A DNA stretch of 64,000 nucleotides from Candidatus Stramentimicrobium fermentans. GTDB taxonomy: Bacteria; Atribacterota; Phoenicimicrobiia; Phoenicimicrobiales; Stramentimicrobiaceae. The position numbers and the translations under genes were made by a program. The stretch is taken from the NCBI GenBank assembly GCA_012520575.1, contig JAAYOB010000015.1, positions 40,705-104,704 on the forward strand, read 5' to 3'. This document shows, piece after piece, positions 30,194-40,440 of the stretch. The notes under the pieces are model-generated. The model made no database searches. It saw only the letters and a list, made by a program, of their open reading frames with translations, and was not told where the DNA came from. Numbering within the stretch: position 1 is the stretch's first letter; each line of letters opens with the position of its first letter.

Positions 30194-31711
30194 ATGAGGG
30201 ATATTCTTTTCTTGAAATTGATAAAATCCCGATTATTTGTATCTATCACGATCTCTTTTATACTTGTAATTATTCTTACCGGCTTTAGTATGGCGGAAAG
30301 AGCTCAACAGACTACTACCATACAGGATTATCTGCCGGGCAGATTTGACTCAGCACTCTTTCAGATATATTTCAAATCGCTGGAAAAGCTGGATGGACAG
30401 GAGATAGAATTTTTAGATTTGCTTGCCCTTCAACCGCTTGACCGGCAGATGTTTTATGGAAAAAAAGTATATCAGGAAGGTTTTTCTGCCTCTCTTGCTC
30501 TTAAATTGAAAGAGGAGGTAGAAGAGAAAGAAAGGCTATTACTCTTATTAATAGAGGAAGAAGCTGCTCTGCCCCAACCCTCCCTACCCACTCTACCGCC
30601 TATGAAACTGGGCGAGAGGATATTTGCTCGCATGATTTCCGTGCAAAAAGCTATCCCTACTATCGGCTATAGCCGTTTTGCCATGTGCGGAGTAGACACT
30701 TTCCGGACAGAAAGGGTAGTAAAGAGGGTAAAAAACTATTTTGATTGGAATAAGCAGTGGTCCAAGGAAGGGTTGGAGGTAGAGCAATTAGCCGAAGCTG
30801 CAGAGAAAGAAGGGAATATTTTTTTAGCTCGCAGTCTTTTTCACGAGGCAGCCGGTTGCTACCATGTCGGCTCCTTTATTAATTTCTATGATGTAGCCCA
30901 AAGGATTAAATCACAGGATTCAGTTAGAAGGTGTTATGCGAGAGCAATCTCTTTATATGAAGAACAGGATAGGCCTGTTCGGGTAGAAATTCCTTTCCGA
31001 GGAATACATATTCCGGGATATTTGATGCTGGCTAATAAACCCGGAGCACCATTGATTATCTTTGTCAATGTATTGAATAATGCCAAAGAAGTAGAGAATC
31101 ATTTCTTCGCCCGGGACTTCTTAAAGGCAGGCTTTAATGTTTTCAGCTTTGATGGCCCCGGACAAGGGGAAATGCACCGGAGTATGCGTTTAATTCCCGA
31201 CTACGAGCAGACTATCATTACTATAATAGATTGGCTGGAAATGAATAATAATTTTCAGATAGATATGGAGCGCATTGGCGTTATCGGGTTAAGTTTTGGC
31301 GGTTTATTTTCAGTGACGGCTGCCGCACTCGATGACCGTATCGATTGTGTGTGCAGTAATGGCGGGTACGCCTATTTTCCTCCGCTTTCCCATATCAGGA
31401 AATTGTCCATTCTCACCAAAAGAGCGGTCTACTATATGAGCGGCTATTCCAATATGAGAGAGTTGTTCGATCAATTTGGTCATCTCGATATTAAAAAATT
31501 TCCGCCTTTGAAACGTCCCATGTTCATTGTGCAGGGCGGTAAGGACAAGGTCGTTCCACCGGAACATGCCTATTATTTTATGGATTGGGCAACAGGGAAA
31601 GACAAAGAGCTGCTCTATATTGAAGATGCCGACCACTGTTGTCAGGATTATTTTGATATTGTAACTCCTTATACCATTGACTGGTTCAGGAGACATTTAC
31701 TAAATCTCTGA
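30194..31711 (+). CDS. Membrane-anchored alpha/beta-hydrolase (S9/dienelactone-hydrolase-like)
   Basis: N-terminal TM helix. GXSXG nucleophile elbow VIGLSFGG. Confidence 0.6.
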   Translation: MRDILFLKLIKSRLFVSITISFILVIILTGFSMAERAQQTTTIQDYLPGRFDSALFQIYFKSLEKLDGQEIEFLDLLALQPLDRQMFYGKKVYQEGFSASLALKLKEEVEEKERLLLLLIEEEAALPQPSLPTLPPMKLGERIFARMISVQKAIPTIGYSRFAMCGVDTFRTERVVKRVKNYFDWNKQWSKEGLEVEQLAEAAEKEGNIFLARSLFHEAAGCYHVGSFINFYDVAQRIKSQDSVRRCYARAISLYEEQDRPVRVEIPFRGIHIPGYLMLANKPGAPLIIFVNVLNNAKEVENHFFARDFLKAGFNVFSFDGPGQGEMHRSMRLIPDYEQTIITIIDWLEMNNNFQIDMERIGVIGLSFGGLFSVTAAALDDRIDCVCSNGGYAYFPPLSHIRKLSILTKRAVYYMSGYSNMRELFDQFGHLDIKKFPPLKRPMFIVQGGKDKVVPPEHAYYFMDWATGKDKELLYIEDADHCCQDYFDIVTPYTIDWFRRHLLNL

Positions 31712-31818
31712 AGTATCTTGTATTAATGTTACGACTAAAGCATTTTTTGCCATAATTTTCATCTCATAACATAATAGGGAAGAAGTAAATCCATATAAAG
31801 TAATAAGGTTAGGATAAG

Positions 31819-32748
31819 ATGTCCACAGTGATAGTGGTTGGGGCAATAAATCTGGATTGCTTAGTATATATCCCTGGTTTTCCTAACAAAGGGGATAATA
31901 TGCGGGCCAAAGATCTGAGATTTTCTTTAGGTGGGCGGGGTGCCAACCAGGCAGTAGCGCTCACTAATCTTACAGTGGCGGCTTTATTATTAGGAAAAGT
32001 GGGAAATGATTTTGCCGGAGACTATGTGCTTTCTATTTTAAGAAACTCCAAGATTTCTACTGAGTATATCTTAAAGAGTAATAGCAGCAAGACCGGTATC
32101 TGCTCTATCTTAGTTAGTGCTGATGGAGAAAACACCATTCTGGGGTTTCCGGCCATTAATAGAATGGTTCAGCCCGATTTTTTGTCACGGCTGGAGTATC
32201 TCTTTGCCAGGGCACAGTGGCTCAGTATATCACTGGAATACCCCTTAGATACGGTTGAGCTTGCCCTTAAGTTAGCTAAAAAATATAAATTAAAAACAGT
32301 TCTGGATCCTTCTCCTCTGATAGAAATACCTGAACATGCTCTCTGGACTATGGTAGATTATGTGCTGCCCAATAAAAAAGAGGTAGAAATCTTAACCGGC
32401 GAGAAAGAACTATTGCAAGGGGCTACGGTGTTGAAAGATTGGGGCGCCAGAGAGGTAATTATTAAACAGGGTGCTCAGGGATGCAGTTTTTTAGAGCGGG
32501 ACAACTTAATTAATGTCCCTGCTTTCCCGGTGAAAACAGTAATAGATACTACCGGGGCAGGTGATTTATTTAATGCCGCTTTTATCTATGGTTTAATGGA
32601 ATCAGATTCTATCCTGAAAGCGGCACAGATTGCCAATCTAGTTGCCTCCTATTCCGTACAAAAGCCGGGTACATCCGAATCTTTTCCCAGGCGAAGGGAA
32701 ATTGACTGGGAACAATTGGAAAAAAGAAAAAGAGGATTGTTATTTTAA
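31819..32748 (+). CDS. rbsK: PfkB-family carbohydrate kinase (ribokinase-like)
   Basis: N-terminal GG motif LGGRGANQAVA and C-terminal DTTGAGDLFNAAF. Confidence 0.7.
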   Translation: MSTVIVVGAINLDCLVYIPGFPNKGDNMRAKDLRFSLGGRGANQAVALTNLTVAALLLGKVGNDFAGDYVLSILRNSKISTEYILKSNSSKTGICSILVSADGENTILGFPAINRMVQPDFLSRLEYLFARAQWLSISLEYPLDTVELALKLAKKYKLKTVLDPSPLIEIPEHALWTMVDYVLPNKKEVEILTGEKELLQGATVLKDWGAREVIIKQGAQGCSFLERDNLINVPAFPVKTVIDTTGAGDLFNAAFIYGLMESDSILKAAQIANLVASYSVQKPGTSESFPRRREIDWEQLEKRKRGLLF

Positions 32749-32774
32749 ATTGAAATCAGAGAAGAGGTGTTATT

Positions 32775-33200
32775 ATGTCTGAACAATGTGTCTTCTGTCA
32801 GATTATTCGCAAAGAAAAGGAAGCTTATCTAATTCATGAGGATGAGCAATGTATAGCATTTTTAGATGCCTATCCGGTTACCGAAGGCCATACCCTGGTT
32901 ATACCAAAAGGGCATTATCAGAATATCTATGAAATCCCGGAAGATACACTTGCCCATATTATGAAAATCTGTAAAAGATTGGCACTTGATTATCAGCAAA
33001 TTTTTCAAACCGTCGGTTTGAATATCATTCAATCCAATGGCATTGTTGCTAAACAAACCGTCTTTCATTTTCATGTACACCTGGTGCCGCGCTATTATGA
33101 AGACGGACTTACTCTTTTTCGCCACGCTTTTACCAAAAGCGAAAGTAATCTAACCCGGGCTCTCGATAAGATTACTGCCTTCCAGAAGGAAAAGAAATAA
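32775..33200 (+). CDS. HIT-family hydrolase
   Basis: Histidine triad HFHVHLVPR. Confidence 0.8.
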   Translation: MSEQCVFCQIIRKEKEAYLIHEDEQCIAFLDAYPVTEGHTLVIPKGHYQNIYEIPEDTLAHIMKICKRLALDYQQIFQTVGLNIIQSNGIVAKQTVFHFHVHLVPRYYEDGLTLFRHAFTKSESNLTRALDKITAFQKEKK

Positions 33201-33222
33201 ACTCGTTAAATAGGAAGAATAG

Positions 33223-36200
33223 ATGCACCAATTCTTAGCAAACTTGCAAGATGTATGCGACCAAGCTTTATTTCGGAAGAAAATATTAATAGCTCCTTCC
33301 TATTTAGATGGTAATACCTTTCAGAAAAACCTCACTTTGAGTGGTTTTTCTGCTTTGAATTTATATATATCGACACTCTTTGACGTTGCCCGGGAAATGT
33401 GCTCCCCGATTTTATTAAAAAAAGAATGTCAGATTCTGGATAGTACTTCAGGACAAATACTAATCCTTGAGATTCTAAAGGATCTATCATTACAAGATAA
33501 GCTCATTTATTTTAAATTACCTCTAATATCACCTTCTCTGGCCAGAACCATATTCAGAACTATAAAAGAGATCCGGGTTTCTGGTTTTTCTACACATAAA
33601 TTGCCCAAAAGCTTACTGCCTGCGTCACCTAAAATGCAGGATTTATTGCTGGTAATGGCACATTATGAACAAGAACTCAAAAAAAGAAAACTAATAGATG
33701 AAGCAGGGCTTTACCACTGGGCGGAACAAGTGCCGCCGGAAGAATCAGAAGTAGTATTTTTAGTTCCCGCTAATCTGCCTATGAATGAAACAGAATTACA
33801 CTTTTTTAATAAAAAGATAAGGCATAGGGCAGTAATATTGGAGATTAATTGTCCGGAAGTCAAAATAGCACCGAACAATTATCCATTGGCTGCTTCTCAA
33901 AAAACAGCGCTTCTTGGCAAAGAAGGAATTTTTGATTTAAGGTATCAGGAAGAAAACGCTAATTTCTCAGAATATCAAGATTTGAATTTGGAATTTTATC
34001 AGGTATACGGAGAATATAATGAAACTAAAGAGGTCTTAAGAAAAATTATTAAGGAGGGGTGTGCTTTAGATGAGGTACAGGTTTTCTATACTACTCAGGA
34101 GCCTTATTCTCAGTATTTTTACCAATTAGCCCAGCTCTACGGAATACCTATCACTTTTCATAGCGGTATCAATATTAAAAACAGCCACCCTGCCCAATTC
34201 TTATTTTCCCTGCTGGACTGGATTAATGACAATTATAGTATTAACAGATTGGTTGAACTATTGGTATACACCTCTCTGGTGCCCGAGTTAGAAAATACAC
34301 GGACACTGCACAAAATTACTTCTTTGCTTAGGCAATCTCCTATTGGCTGGGGAAGAGAACGTTATATCCCGGGTATTGAATTGGCGATAGCGGAAACGAA
34401 AAAAAGAATGGAGAATATTCCGGAAGAAAAAGAAGAGGAGCTATCCCGGGAGATAGAATATTTACAGGTTTTCCGGGAATGGGTAAATGAGATTTTTTCC
34501 GAAATCCCGGAACATAAATTCGGGCAGCCTGTTTCTCTGACAGAGCTAGCCGGTGGTTTGATTCGGGTTCTAAACGAGTATGCCTTAATAGAGGATAGTG
34601 CTTCTGATAAAGAGGCAGCTCTTATTATCTCTCAAAAGTTGGCTGTTCTGGAGCAAAATACCTCTCTACGGTTGCCGATGGACGAAGCATTGCTCCTCAT
34701 AAGAAATATTATTACAGAGGAGCGTATTAACTGCTCTGCGCCCCTGCCCGGGCACCTGCATATAGCCAGCTATAAGAAAGGAATCTGGTTAAATCGTAAC
34801 TATACTTTTTTGGTGGGTATGGATTATCAGAAGTTTCCGGGCAGTTCCGGTGATGATACGGTATTACTGGAATTTGAAAGGGGACCTTTTAAACAACTGT
34901 TAGGGAATAGAGAAAGGGATAAATTAGAAGAGTTACGCATGCTGGGGCTTATTTTCTTACAGAAAGGGAAAATATTCCTCTCTTATTCTTGTTTTGATAC
35001 CGTAAAACAAGCCGAACAGGCTCCTGCCAACCTAATGCTATGTCTTTACCGACTTCAGAGCAGGAATCCCAATCTTAATTACCAAGCTTTCTACCGGGGC
35101 TTAAGCCCGATAAAAGAATTTATTCCACAAAACAGTGCGGATATTCTGGACAGCGGTGAGCTCTATCTTCATGCTGCTCATAAAAAACAGAGAGATTTGC
35201 GATATCTTTTCAATCAGCAATATGGTGCTTTTCGTGAGGGAATGAAGGCTCATGAAACCAGAACAGAAAAAGGATTCAATGTCTATAATGGCAAAATAGA
35301 GGTGAAGGGCAGCATCGTTGACCCACGTGAAAATAGAGGTATAGTACTGTCAGCCAGCAAGCTGGAAAGAATAGCCTATTGTCCCTATCTCTATTTTCTG
35401 GTAGACATCCTAAAAGTAAAACCGATGGAGGAGATGGTCTATGACCCTACCATGTGGTTGAGCCCTTTAGAGAGAGGGTCTTTTCTTCATGATATTTATG
35501 AAAAATTTTACAAAACCCTACTCAAATACTCTTCGGATAAAAAAGTAATACCCGTTTTTAATAAGCATTGGCAGTTATTAGAGGAGATTATCGAGGAGAG
35601 TCTGGCAGAAAAAAGAAAATATTTGGCTCCACCGGGGGAATTAGTCTATGAGGCAGAAAAGAGAGATATATTGGATTCCGGCCGGATTTTTTTAGCGGAA
35701 GAAGAGAAGAATTTTCAGGGACAATTCCCGCAGTATTTTGAATTGAATTTCGGAACCAGAGAGAATGAGCATGAAGTTTTAGGAAAGGTAAAAGCAGTAG
35801 AATTAACGCTTTCTAACAAAAGAAGAGTCAGTGTTCAGGGGAAGATTGACAGGGTAGATCTATTGCCGGATGGGACTTACCGTATAATTGACTATAAGAC
35901 CGGGAGCTCGAAAGATTTTAATGATAGTAACCCTTTTCGAAATGGTCAGCAGATTCAGCATGGACTCTATGCAATTGCTCTGGAAAAGATATTAACCCGG
36001 AAGGGAAAAAACTATCAGGCCAAAGTCAGTGAATCGGGTTATTATTTTCCAACTGTCTCCGGGTTGGGGAAACTCGTCTTATATAAGGAACCTGCCCGAG
36101 AACAGGTGTTGGAAATTATAGAGTTGCTGCTCAATATAGTAGCAAAGGGTTCTTTTGCCATGACCCAAAAGCCGGATGAGTATATGTGCCTGGATTATAA

Positions 36201-36309
36201 GGATATTCTGGAACAGAATAAAATAATAGTTTTAAAAGGGGACAAAGGAAAAGAATATCTCAGTGAACCGGCTCTGGAGGAGATGAGGAGGCTGCAGCAC
36301 TTTGTTTAA
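33223..36309 (+). CDS. addB: ATP-dependent helicase/nuclease subunit B (AddB/RexB-like, PD-(D/E)XK nuclease)
   Basis: 1028 aa. C-terminal RecB-type nuclease motif GKIDRVDLLPDGTYRIIDYKTGS. Placed before addA as in Firmicutes. Confidence 0.7.
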   Translation: MHQFLANLQDVCDQALFRKKILIAPSYLDGNTFQKNLTLSGFSALNLYISTLFDVAREMCSPILLKKECQILDSTSGQILILEILKDLSLQDKLIYFKLPLISPSLARTIFRTIKEIRVSGFSTHKLPKSLLPASPKMQDLLLVMAHYEQELKKRKLIDEAGLYHWAEQVPPEESEVVFLVPANLPMNETELHFFNKKIRHRAVILEINCPEVKIAPNNYPLAASQKTALLGKEGIFDLRYQEENANFSEYQDLNLEFYQVYGEYNETKEVLRKIIKEGCALDEVQVFYTTQEPYSQYFYQLAQLYGIPITFHSGINIKNSHPAQFLFSLLDWINDNYSINRLVELLVYTSLVPELENTRTLHKITSLLRQSPIGWGRERYIPGIELAIAETKKRMENIPEEKEEELSREIEYLQVFREWVNEIFSEIPEHKFGQPVSLTELAGGLIRVLNEYALIEDSASDKEAALIISQKLAVLEQNTSLRLPMDEALLLIRNIITEERINCSAPLPGHLHIASYKKGIWLNRNYTFLVGMDYQKFPGSSGDDTVLLEFERGPFKQLLGNRERDKLEELRMLGLIFLQKGKIFLSYSCFDTVKQAEQAPANLMLCLYRLQSRNPNLNYQAFYRGLSPIKEFIPQNSADILDSGELYLHAAHKKQRDLRYLFNQQYGAFREGMKAHETRTEKGFNVYNGKIEVKGSIVDPRENRGIVLSASKLERIAYCPYLYFLVDILKVKPMEEMVYDPTMWLSPLERGSFLHDIYEKFYKTLLKYSSDKKVIPVFNKHWQLLEEIIEESLAEKRKYLAPPGELVYEAEKRDILDSGRIFLAEEEKNFQGQFPQYFELNFGTRENEHEVLGKVKAVELTLSNKRRVSVQGKIDRVDLLPDGTYRIIDYKTGSSKDFNDSNPFRNGQQIQHGLYAIALEKILTRKGKNYQAKVSESGYYFPTVSGLGKLVLYKEPAREQVLEIIELLLNIVAKGSFAMTQKPDEYMCLDYKDILEQNKIIVLKGDKGKEYLSEPALEEMRRLQHFV

Positions 36310-39300
36310 AGAAGAGAAGATAATTCTGCAAGACCTGTCTGCAAGAAACAAAATATTCAGTGACTTTGAACATAATTTTCTGGTGGAAGCCAGCGCTGGT
36401 TCTGGTAAAACATCTTGCCTGGTAAAGAGAATGGTGGCACTGGTCAAGTCCGGCAGATATACGGTGGCACAGATTGCTGCCATAACCTTCACCCGCAAAG
36501 CTGCCCTGGAGCTGAAGGAGCGTTTTCAGCAAGAAATTGAATCGGAATACAGGCATACAAATATAGCAAAAGAAAAAGAATTACTCTTCAGCGCACTAGA
36601 CAATATGGGGCAATGCTATATTGGCACCATTCACTCTTTTTGTGCCCGGATATTAAGAGAACGTCCCATAGAGGCGGGACTGGACCCTGATTTTAAAGAG
36701 ATGGATGATATTGATAATGCTATTTTTATGGAGCAGGCCTGGGAAGAATACCTGGCTAATTTGAGAATACAGGAGCATGATCATTTCCAAAATTTACGGG
36801 CATTGGGGATTCAGATATCCGACCTAGAGGAAATCTATAAATTAGTCAGTCAGTTTCCCGAGGTAATGATTGTACAGCAAAAGATTGATAAACCGCCGCT
36901 AGATAAGGCAATGGATGAGTTATTATTATTTTGTAAAGAGGCGATAGAGTATATACCGGAAATACCGCCGGAAAAAGGATTTGACTCAGTGCAGCAGATT
37001 GTTCTCCAGACAGAGAGATTAAAGATGTCACCTCTCTACGCTCAGAATTATCCTTTTAGAATTTCCCTGCTGGAACAATTTTCTAAGAATTCTCAAAAGA
37101 CCGGAGCAGTGACCCTCAAATGCTGGCGTTCTAAAGATAAAGCTAAAGAATACAGAGATACTATTTTACCAAAATTAAATAAAGAACATATTGAACCGAC
37201 TCTCACCCGGTGGAGGGAATATTGCCATAACCCCATCTTCTGTTTTGTTAAACCGGCAGTCGATTATTACCACCGGTTTAGAGCAAGGCATTCTCTACTC
37301 AACTTCCAAGACCTACTATTAAATACCGCTGCGCTATTGCGAGATAACTTTGAAGTGCGCCGCTATTTTCAACAGAAATACCGGACTATTCTGGTTGATG
37401 AATTTCAGGATACCGACCCGATTCAGGCAGAGATTATCTTCTTTTTGACCGGTGAACAGCTGGCAGAAAGAGATTGGAAAAAATTATCTCCGCGCAACGG
37501 CAGTCTTTTCGTAGTTGGCGATCCTCAACAGGCTATATATCATTTTCGCAGGGCAGATATTGCCGTTTATAATCAGGTTAAAATGTTGATAGCTGAAAAT
37601 AAAGGGCAGGTTCTCCGGCTTAATGCCAATTTCCGCTCACTCCATTCCCTGGGTCGTTTTATTAACCCGCTTTTTCAGGACCTGTTCCCCGGGCAGGAAG
37701 ATGAACTGCAGGTAAATTATACCCCTATGCAGACTACTCGTGATGACCGGAAAGGCTTTATTTCCGGTGTCTATCAAATTCTTATTTCTCCGGGTAAAGA
37801 GAGGGAAGTAACAATTAAAAATGATGCCCAGGCCATTGCTTTACTGATTAGAGATTGGATTAATAGTAAGGTAAAAATTGTGCGGACAGAAGAGGAATTA
37901 GCACAGGGAATCTCATCTGTGGTGGAGTATCAGGATTTTATGATTCTGTTACGATATAAAAAAGATATGGATATCTATGCTAAGGTTCTAAGTGAATATA
38001 GTATTCCCGTTACCGTATCAGGCTCAACCGCTCTGAACAAATCACTCTATCTAAGAGAGCTCTTAAAGCTGCTGTGCTTATTGAAAGATCCGGAAAATCA
38101 AATACTGCTGGTAGCGGTGTTAAGAGGAATATTTTTTGGTTTTTCTGACCAGGAGCTTTATGAATATAAGGAGGCCGGCGGTAATTTTACTCTCTTTGCT
38201 GATATTCCCGATGATTTAGAAAATGGATTAGGTCAAAAATTTGAAGATTTCTTCCGGCAAATAAGAGAATATTATTTCTGGAGCTCAGAATATTCACCGG
38301 TAACTGCACTGGAAAAAATAATGATTAAAACAGGTCTGCTGCCCTATCTCTCAGGGGGAATTACTGAGAATGAGTCGGGTAGTGAATTATTCTTTGTTTT
38401 GGAATACTTAAGGAAACTGGAAATGCGTGATTACTTCAGCTATGCCGGAATGGTAGAGCAGCTGGAGAGATTATGGGAATCCGGTGCAGAGGAAGAGTTT
38501 AAGATGGGAGTGACCGAAAATGCGGTTCGGATTATGAATCTACATAAAGCCAAGGGGCTGGAATCGCCCATTGTCTTTCTGGCTATGTCCTATAGTATTT
38601 CTAAACCAAAACCAAAATACTATATTGAACGTTTTGGAGACATTCCTGAAGGCCATTTTACCGTTCAGAGATACAATTATTTTGGCAACGGACCAATCAT
38701 TGCCCAACCGCCGGATTGGGAAAAATATAGCCGTTTAGAGTCTTCCTATCTGGAGGCGGAGGAAACCCGGCTGCTCTACGTGGCAGCTACCCGGGCTAAA
38801 AATATGCTGGTAATCAGCAGCCTCGGTGCCGGACAGAATGATAACAGACAGAATGTCTGGGGACCTTTATTAAAAAAACTGGCACCTGAGGCCGTTTTAG
38901 AAATTCCTGCCGGGAATAATATGCCGCTTGGGATAATAAAAAAGAGCTATAATTTGAAAGAATATAAAACAGAGATGGCGAAATTAGAACAAAGGCGAAA
39001 AAAACTTTCCGCAAATACCTATCTGGAAACCAGTGCCTCCCGATTAACGGAATTTTTTGAAATTAAACCATCCTTCATTCCCACTATCGATAGGGGCGGT
39101 CGGGATTGGGGCAATGCAGTCCATGAAATTCTGGATTATTTTATAAAAAAACCCGAAGAGGGCGACCTATTAGAAAAGTATATAATTTTTGTGCTGAAAA
39201 AGAATAGTATAGAGCTTTCACGTAAAGACGAATTGCAGGGAATAATTCAAAAATTCAGACAATCTGATTTATATAAACGCTTAGAAAGGGCACTGGAGAG

Positions 39301-39613
39301 GTATACCGAGGTGCCTTTTAATCTGAAAATAGTACCGGATGATCCTCTTTACCCTGAATTGATTGGCGGAGAAGCAAAGCAGCACAAAAAAGAGAAAAAG
39401 CCGCTTATTTTAACTGGCACCATTGACCTAATTTTTCAAGAAGCAGATGGTTGGGTAATAGTAGATTACAAGACCGATTGCCCGCTGAATGTAAAAGATT
39501 ATGCTAAATTGCGAAAGCTCTATCAGCCGCAGATAAAAACTTATGCAGCTATCTGGCAGAGAGTAAGCAAAGAAAGAGTAAAAGAAAGCCACATCTATTT
39601 TATAGAAGAATAG
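36302..39613 (+). CDS. addA: ATP-dependent helicase/nuclease subunit A (UvrD-like helicase plus RecB nuclease)
   Basis: Walker A EASAGSGKTSCLV, helicase motifs, and C-terminal nuclease TGTIDLIFQEADGWVIVDYKTD. Confidence 0.8.
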   Translation: MFKEEKIILQDLSARNKIFSDFEHNFLVEASAGSGKTSCLVKRMVALVKSGRYTVAQIAAITFTRKAALELKERFQQEIESEYRHTNIAKEKELLFSALDNMGQCYIGTIHSFCARILRERPIEAGLDPDFKEMDDIDNAIFMEQAWEEYLANLRIQEHDHFQNLRALGIQISDLEEIYKLVSQFPEVMIVQQKIDKPPLDKAMDELLLFCKEAIEYIPEIPPEKGFDSVQQIVLQTERLKMSPLYAQNYPFRISLLEQFSKNSQKTGAVTLKCWRSKDKAKEYRDTILPKLNKEHIEPTLTRWREYCHNPIFCFVKPAVDYYHRFRARHSLLNFQDLLLNTAALLRDNFEVRRYFQQKYRTILVDEFQDTDPIQAEIIFFLTGEQLAERDWKKLSPRNGSLFVVGDPQQAIYHFRRADIAVYNQVKMLIAENKGQVLRLNANFRSLHSLGRFINPLFQDLFPGQEDELQVNYTPMQTTRDDRKGFISGVYQILISPGKEREVTIKNDAQAIALLIRDWINSKVKIVRTEEELAQGISSVVEYQDFMILLRYKKDMDIYAKVLSEYSIPVTVSGSTALNKSLYLRELLKLLCLLKDPENQILLVAVLRGIFFGFSDQELYEYKEAGGNFTLFADIPDDLENGLGQKFEDFFRQIREYYFWSSEYSPVTALEKIMIKTGLLPYLSGGITENESGSELFFVLEYLRKLEMRDYFSYAGMVEQLERLWESGAEEEFKMGVTENAVRIMNLHKAKGLESPIVFLAMSYSISKPKPKYYIERFGDIPEGHFTVQRYNYFGNGPIIAQPPDWEKYSRLESSYLEAEETRLLYVAATRAKNMLVISSLGAGQNDNRQNVWGPLLKKLAPEAVLEIPAGNNMPLGIIKKSYNLKEYKTEMAKLEQRRKKLSANTYLETSASRLTEFFEIKPSFIPTIDRGGRDWGNAVHEILDYFIKKPEEGDLLEKYIIFVLKKNSIELSRKDELQGIIQKFRQSDLYKRLERALERYTEVPFNLKIVPDDPLYPELIGGEAKQHKKEKKPLILTGTIDLIFQEADGWVIVDYKTDCPLNVKDYAKLRKLYQPQIKTYAAIWQRVSKERVKESHIYFIEE

Positions 39614-39670
39614 CAGAGATTTTAAATAATATTTAATATTATCTTTGAAAAACTTGATTTAATTTTTTTC

Positions 39671-39708
39671 AGCAGTCCTTAGGGGGAACCCTCCCCCTAA
39701 GGACTGCT
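39671..39708. repeat. Perfect 17-bp-stem palindromic hairpin between convergent addA and the HesB-like gene (probable bidirectional terminator or stability element)
   Basis: AGCAGTCCTTAGGGGGA / loop ACCC / TCCCCCTAAGGACTGCT. A T7 run lies immediately 5' on the plus strand. Confidence 0.6.
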
Positions 39709-39718
39709 ACATACGTTA

Positions 39719-40027
39719 TTAGCAGCAGCTGTCGTAAGAATCCCAATTCTGATAATAGACTCGAAAACCTTTTGAAAATAAGTAGCTCTTGTAATCAATA
39801 GTCAAATGTTTGATAGAATCAACTAATTTTTGATGCAAGATAATTTCCAGATCGTCTACATTTAAGCTTATATCATCTTCTTTTTGCTCATCCAGAGCAA
39901 TGCCAAGTCTGGGACCGCCTCAGCCAATACCGGTTATTAACACACGGATTTTTTTATCAGATGATTCCTGCTCCTGCAGCATATTCTTCAACTGTTCAGC
40001 TGCTTTTTCAGTAATATTTATTTCCAC
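39719..40027 (-). CDS. HesB/IscA-like protein with an in-frame TGA at the conserved Cys position (candidate selenoprotein). Not in the ORF track because the TGA splits it into sub-60-aa pieces.
   Basis: My translation from the GTG at 40027 (RBS AAGGAG; the in-frame ATG at 40045 is an alternative start) gives VEINITEKAAEQLKNMLQEQESSDKKIRVLITGIG-TGA-GGPRLGIALDEQKEDDISLNVDDLEIILHQKLVDSIKHLTIDYKSYLFSKGFRVYYQNWDSYDSCC. It aligns with IscA (ITLSDSAAARV...GLRLGVRTSGCSGMAY...GFKFTNPN...CGCG). The Sec machinery genes lie about 1 kb away. Confidence 0.7.
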
Positions 40028-40440
40028 TTTCTTGCTCCTTATCATTACTTTTAACTTAGCACTACATAATAGTAATTGATTTCCAATATATCATAACAGG
40101 AAAAAGCATAATGTCAACAAAAGCTCTTGCCATGAGTATCGCAAACATTCATTTTTTGAGACTGCTAAATGTAAATAATGGTGGAATTCATAATTCTATC
40201 GGGTTTAGTTTTTATTATCCTATACCACCTGACTGTAGGATAAGTTCTTCTGAAAACATAGGGGAAAAATGGGTAAAAAATAATTGAAAAAGAGAGTAAA
40301 AAATTTGGCTTGGTTTTTTAAAAAGGTGGTATAATTAATCATTAATTAAAAATCTTTATAAAAGGTATGATAGAGATTTTTATTTTTAATTTATGACAGT
40401 CCGATAAAGTTTAAAAATTAAGACGGAGGGAGGTGAAAGA

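Noticed and set aside
39671-39708. Perfect palindrome considered as a CRISPR repeat or transposon inverted repeat
   Set aside because: It is a single copy with no spacer-repeat periodicity, no flanking direct repeats and no transposase nearby. It is interpreted as a hairpin terminator.
40080-40250. Possible 55-aa ORF in the hesB-lipoprotein intergenic region
   Set aside because: No RBS and no recognisable motif. The region is better explained as divergent promoters. A TGgTATAAT extended -10 is present for the lipoprotein gene.
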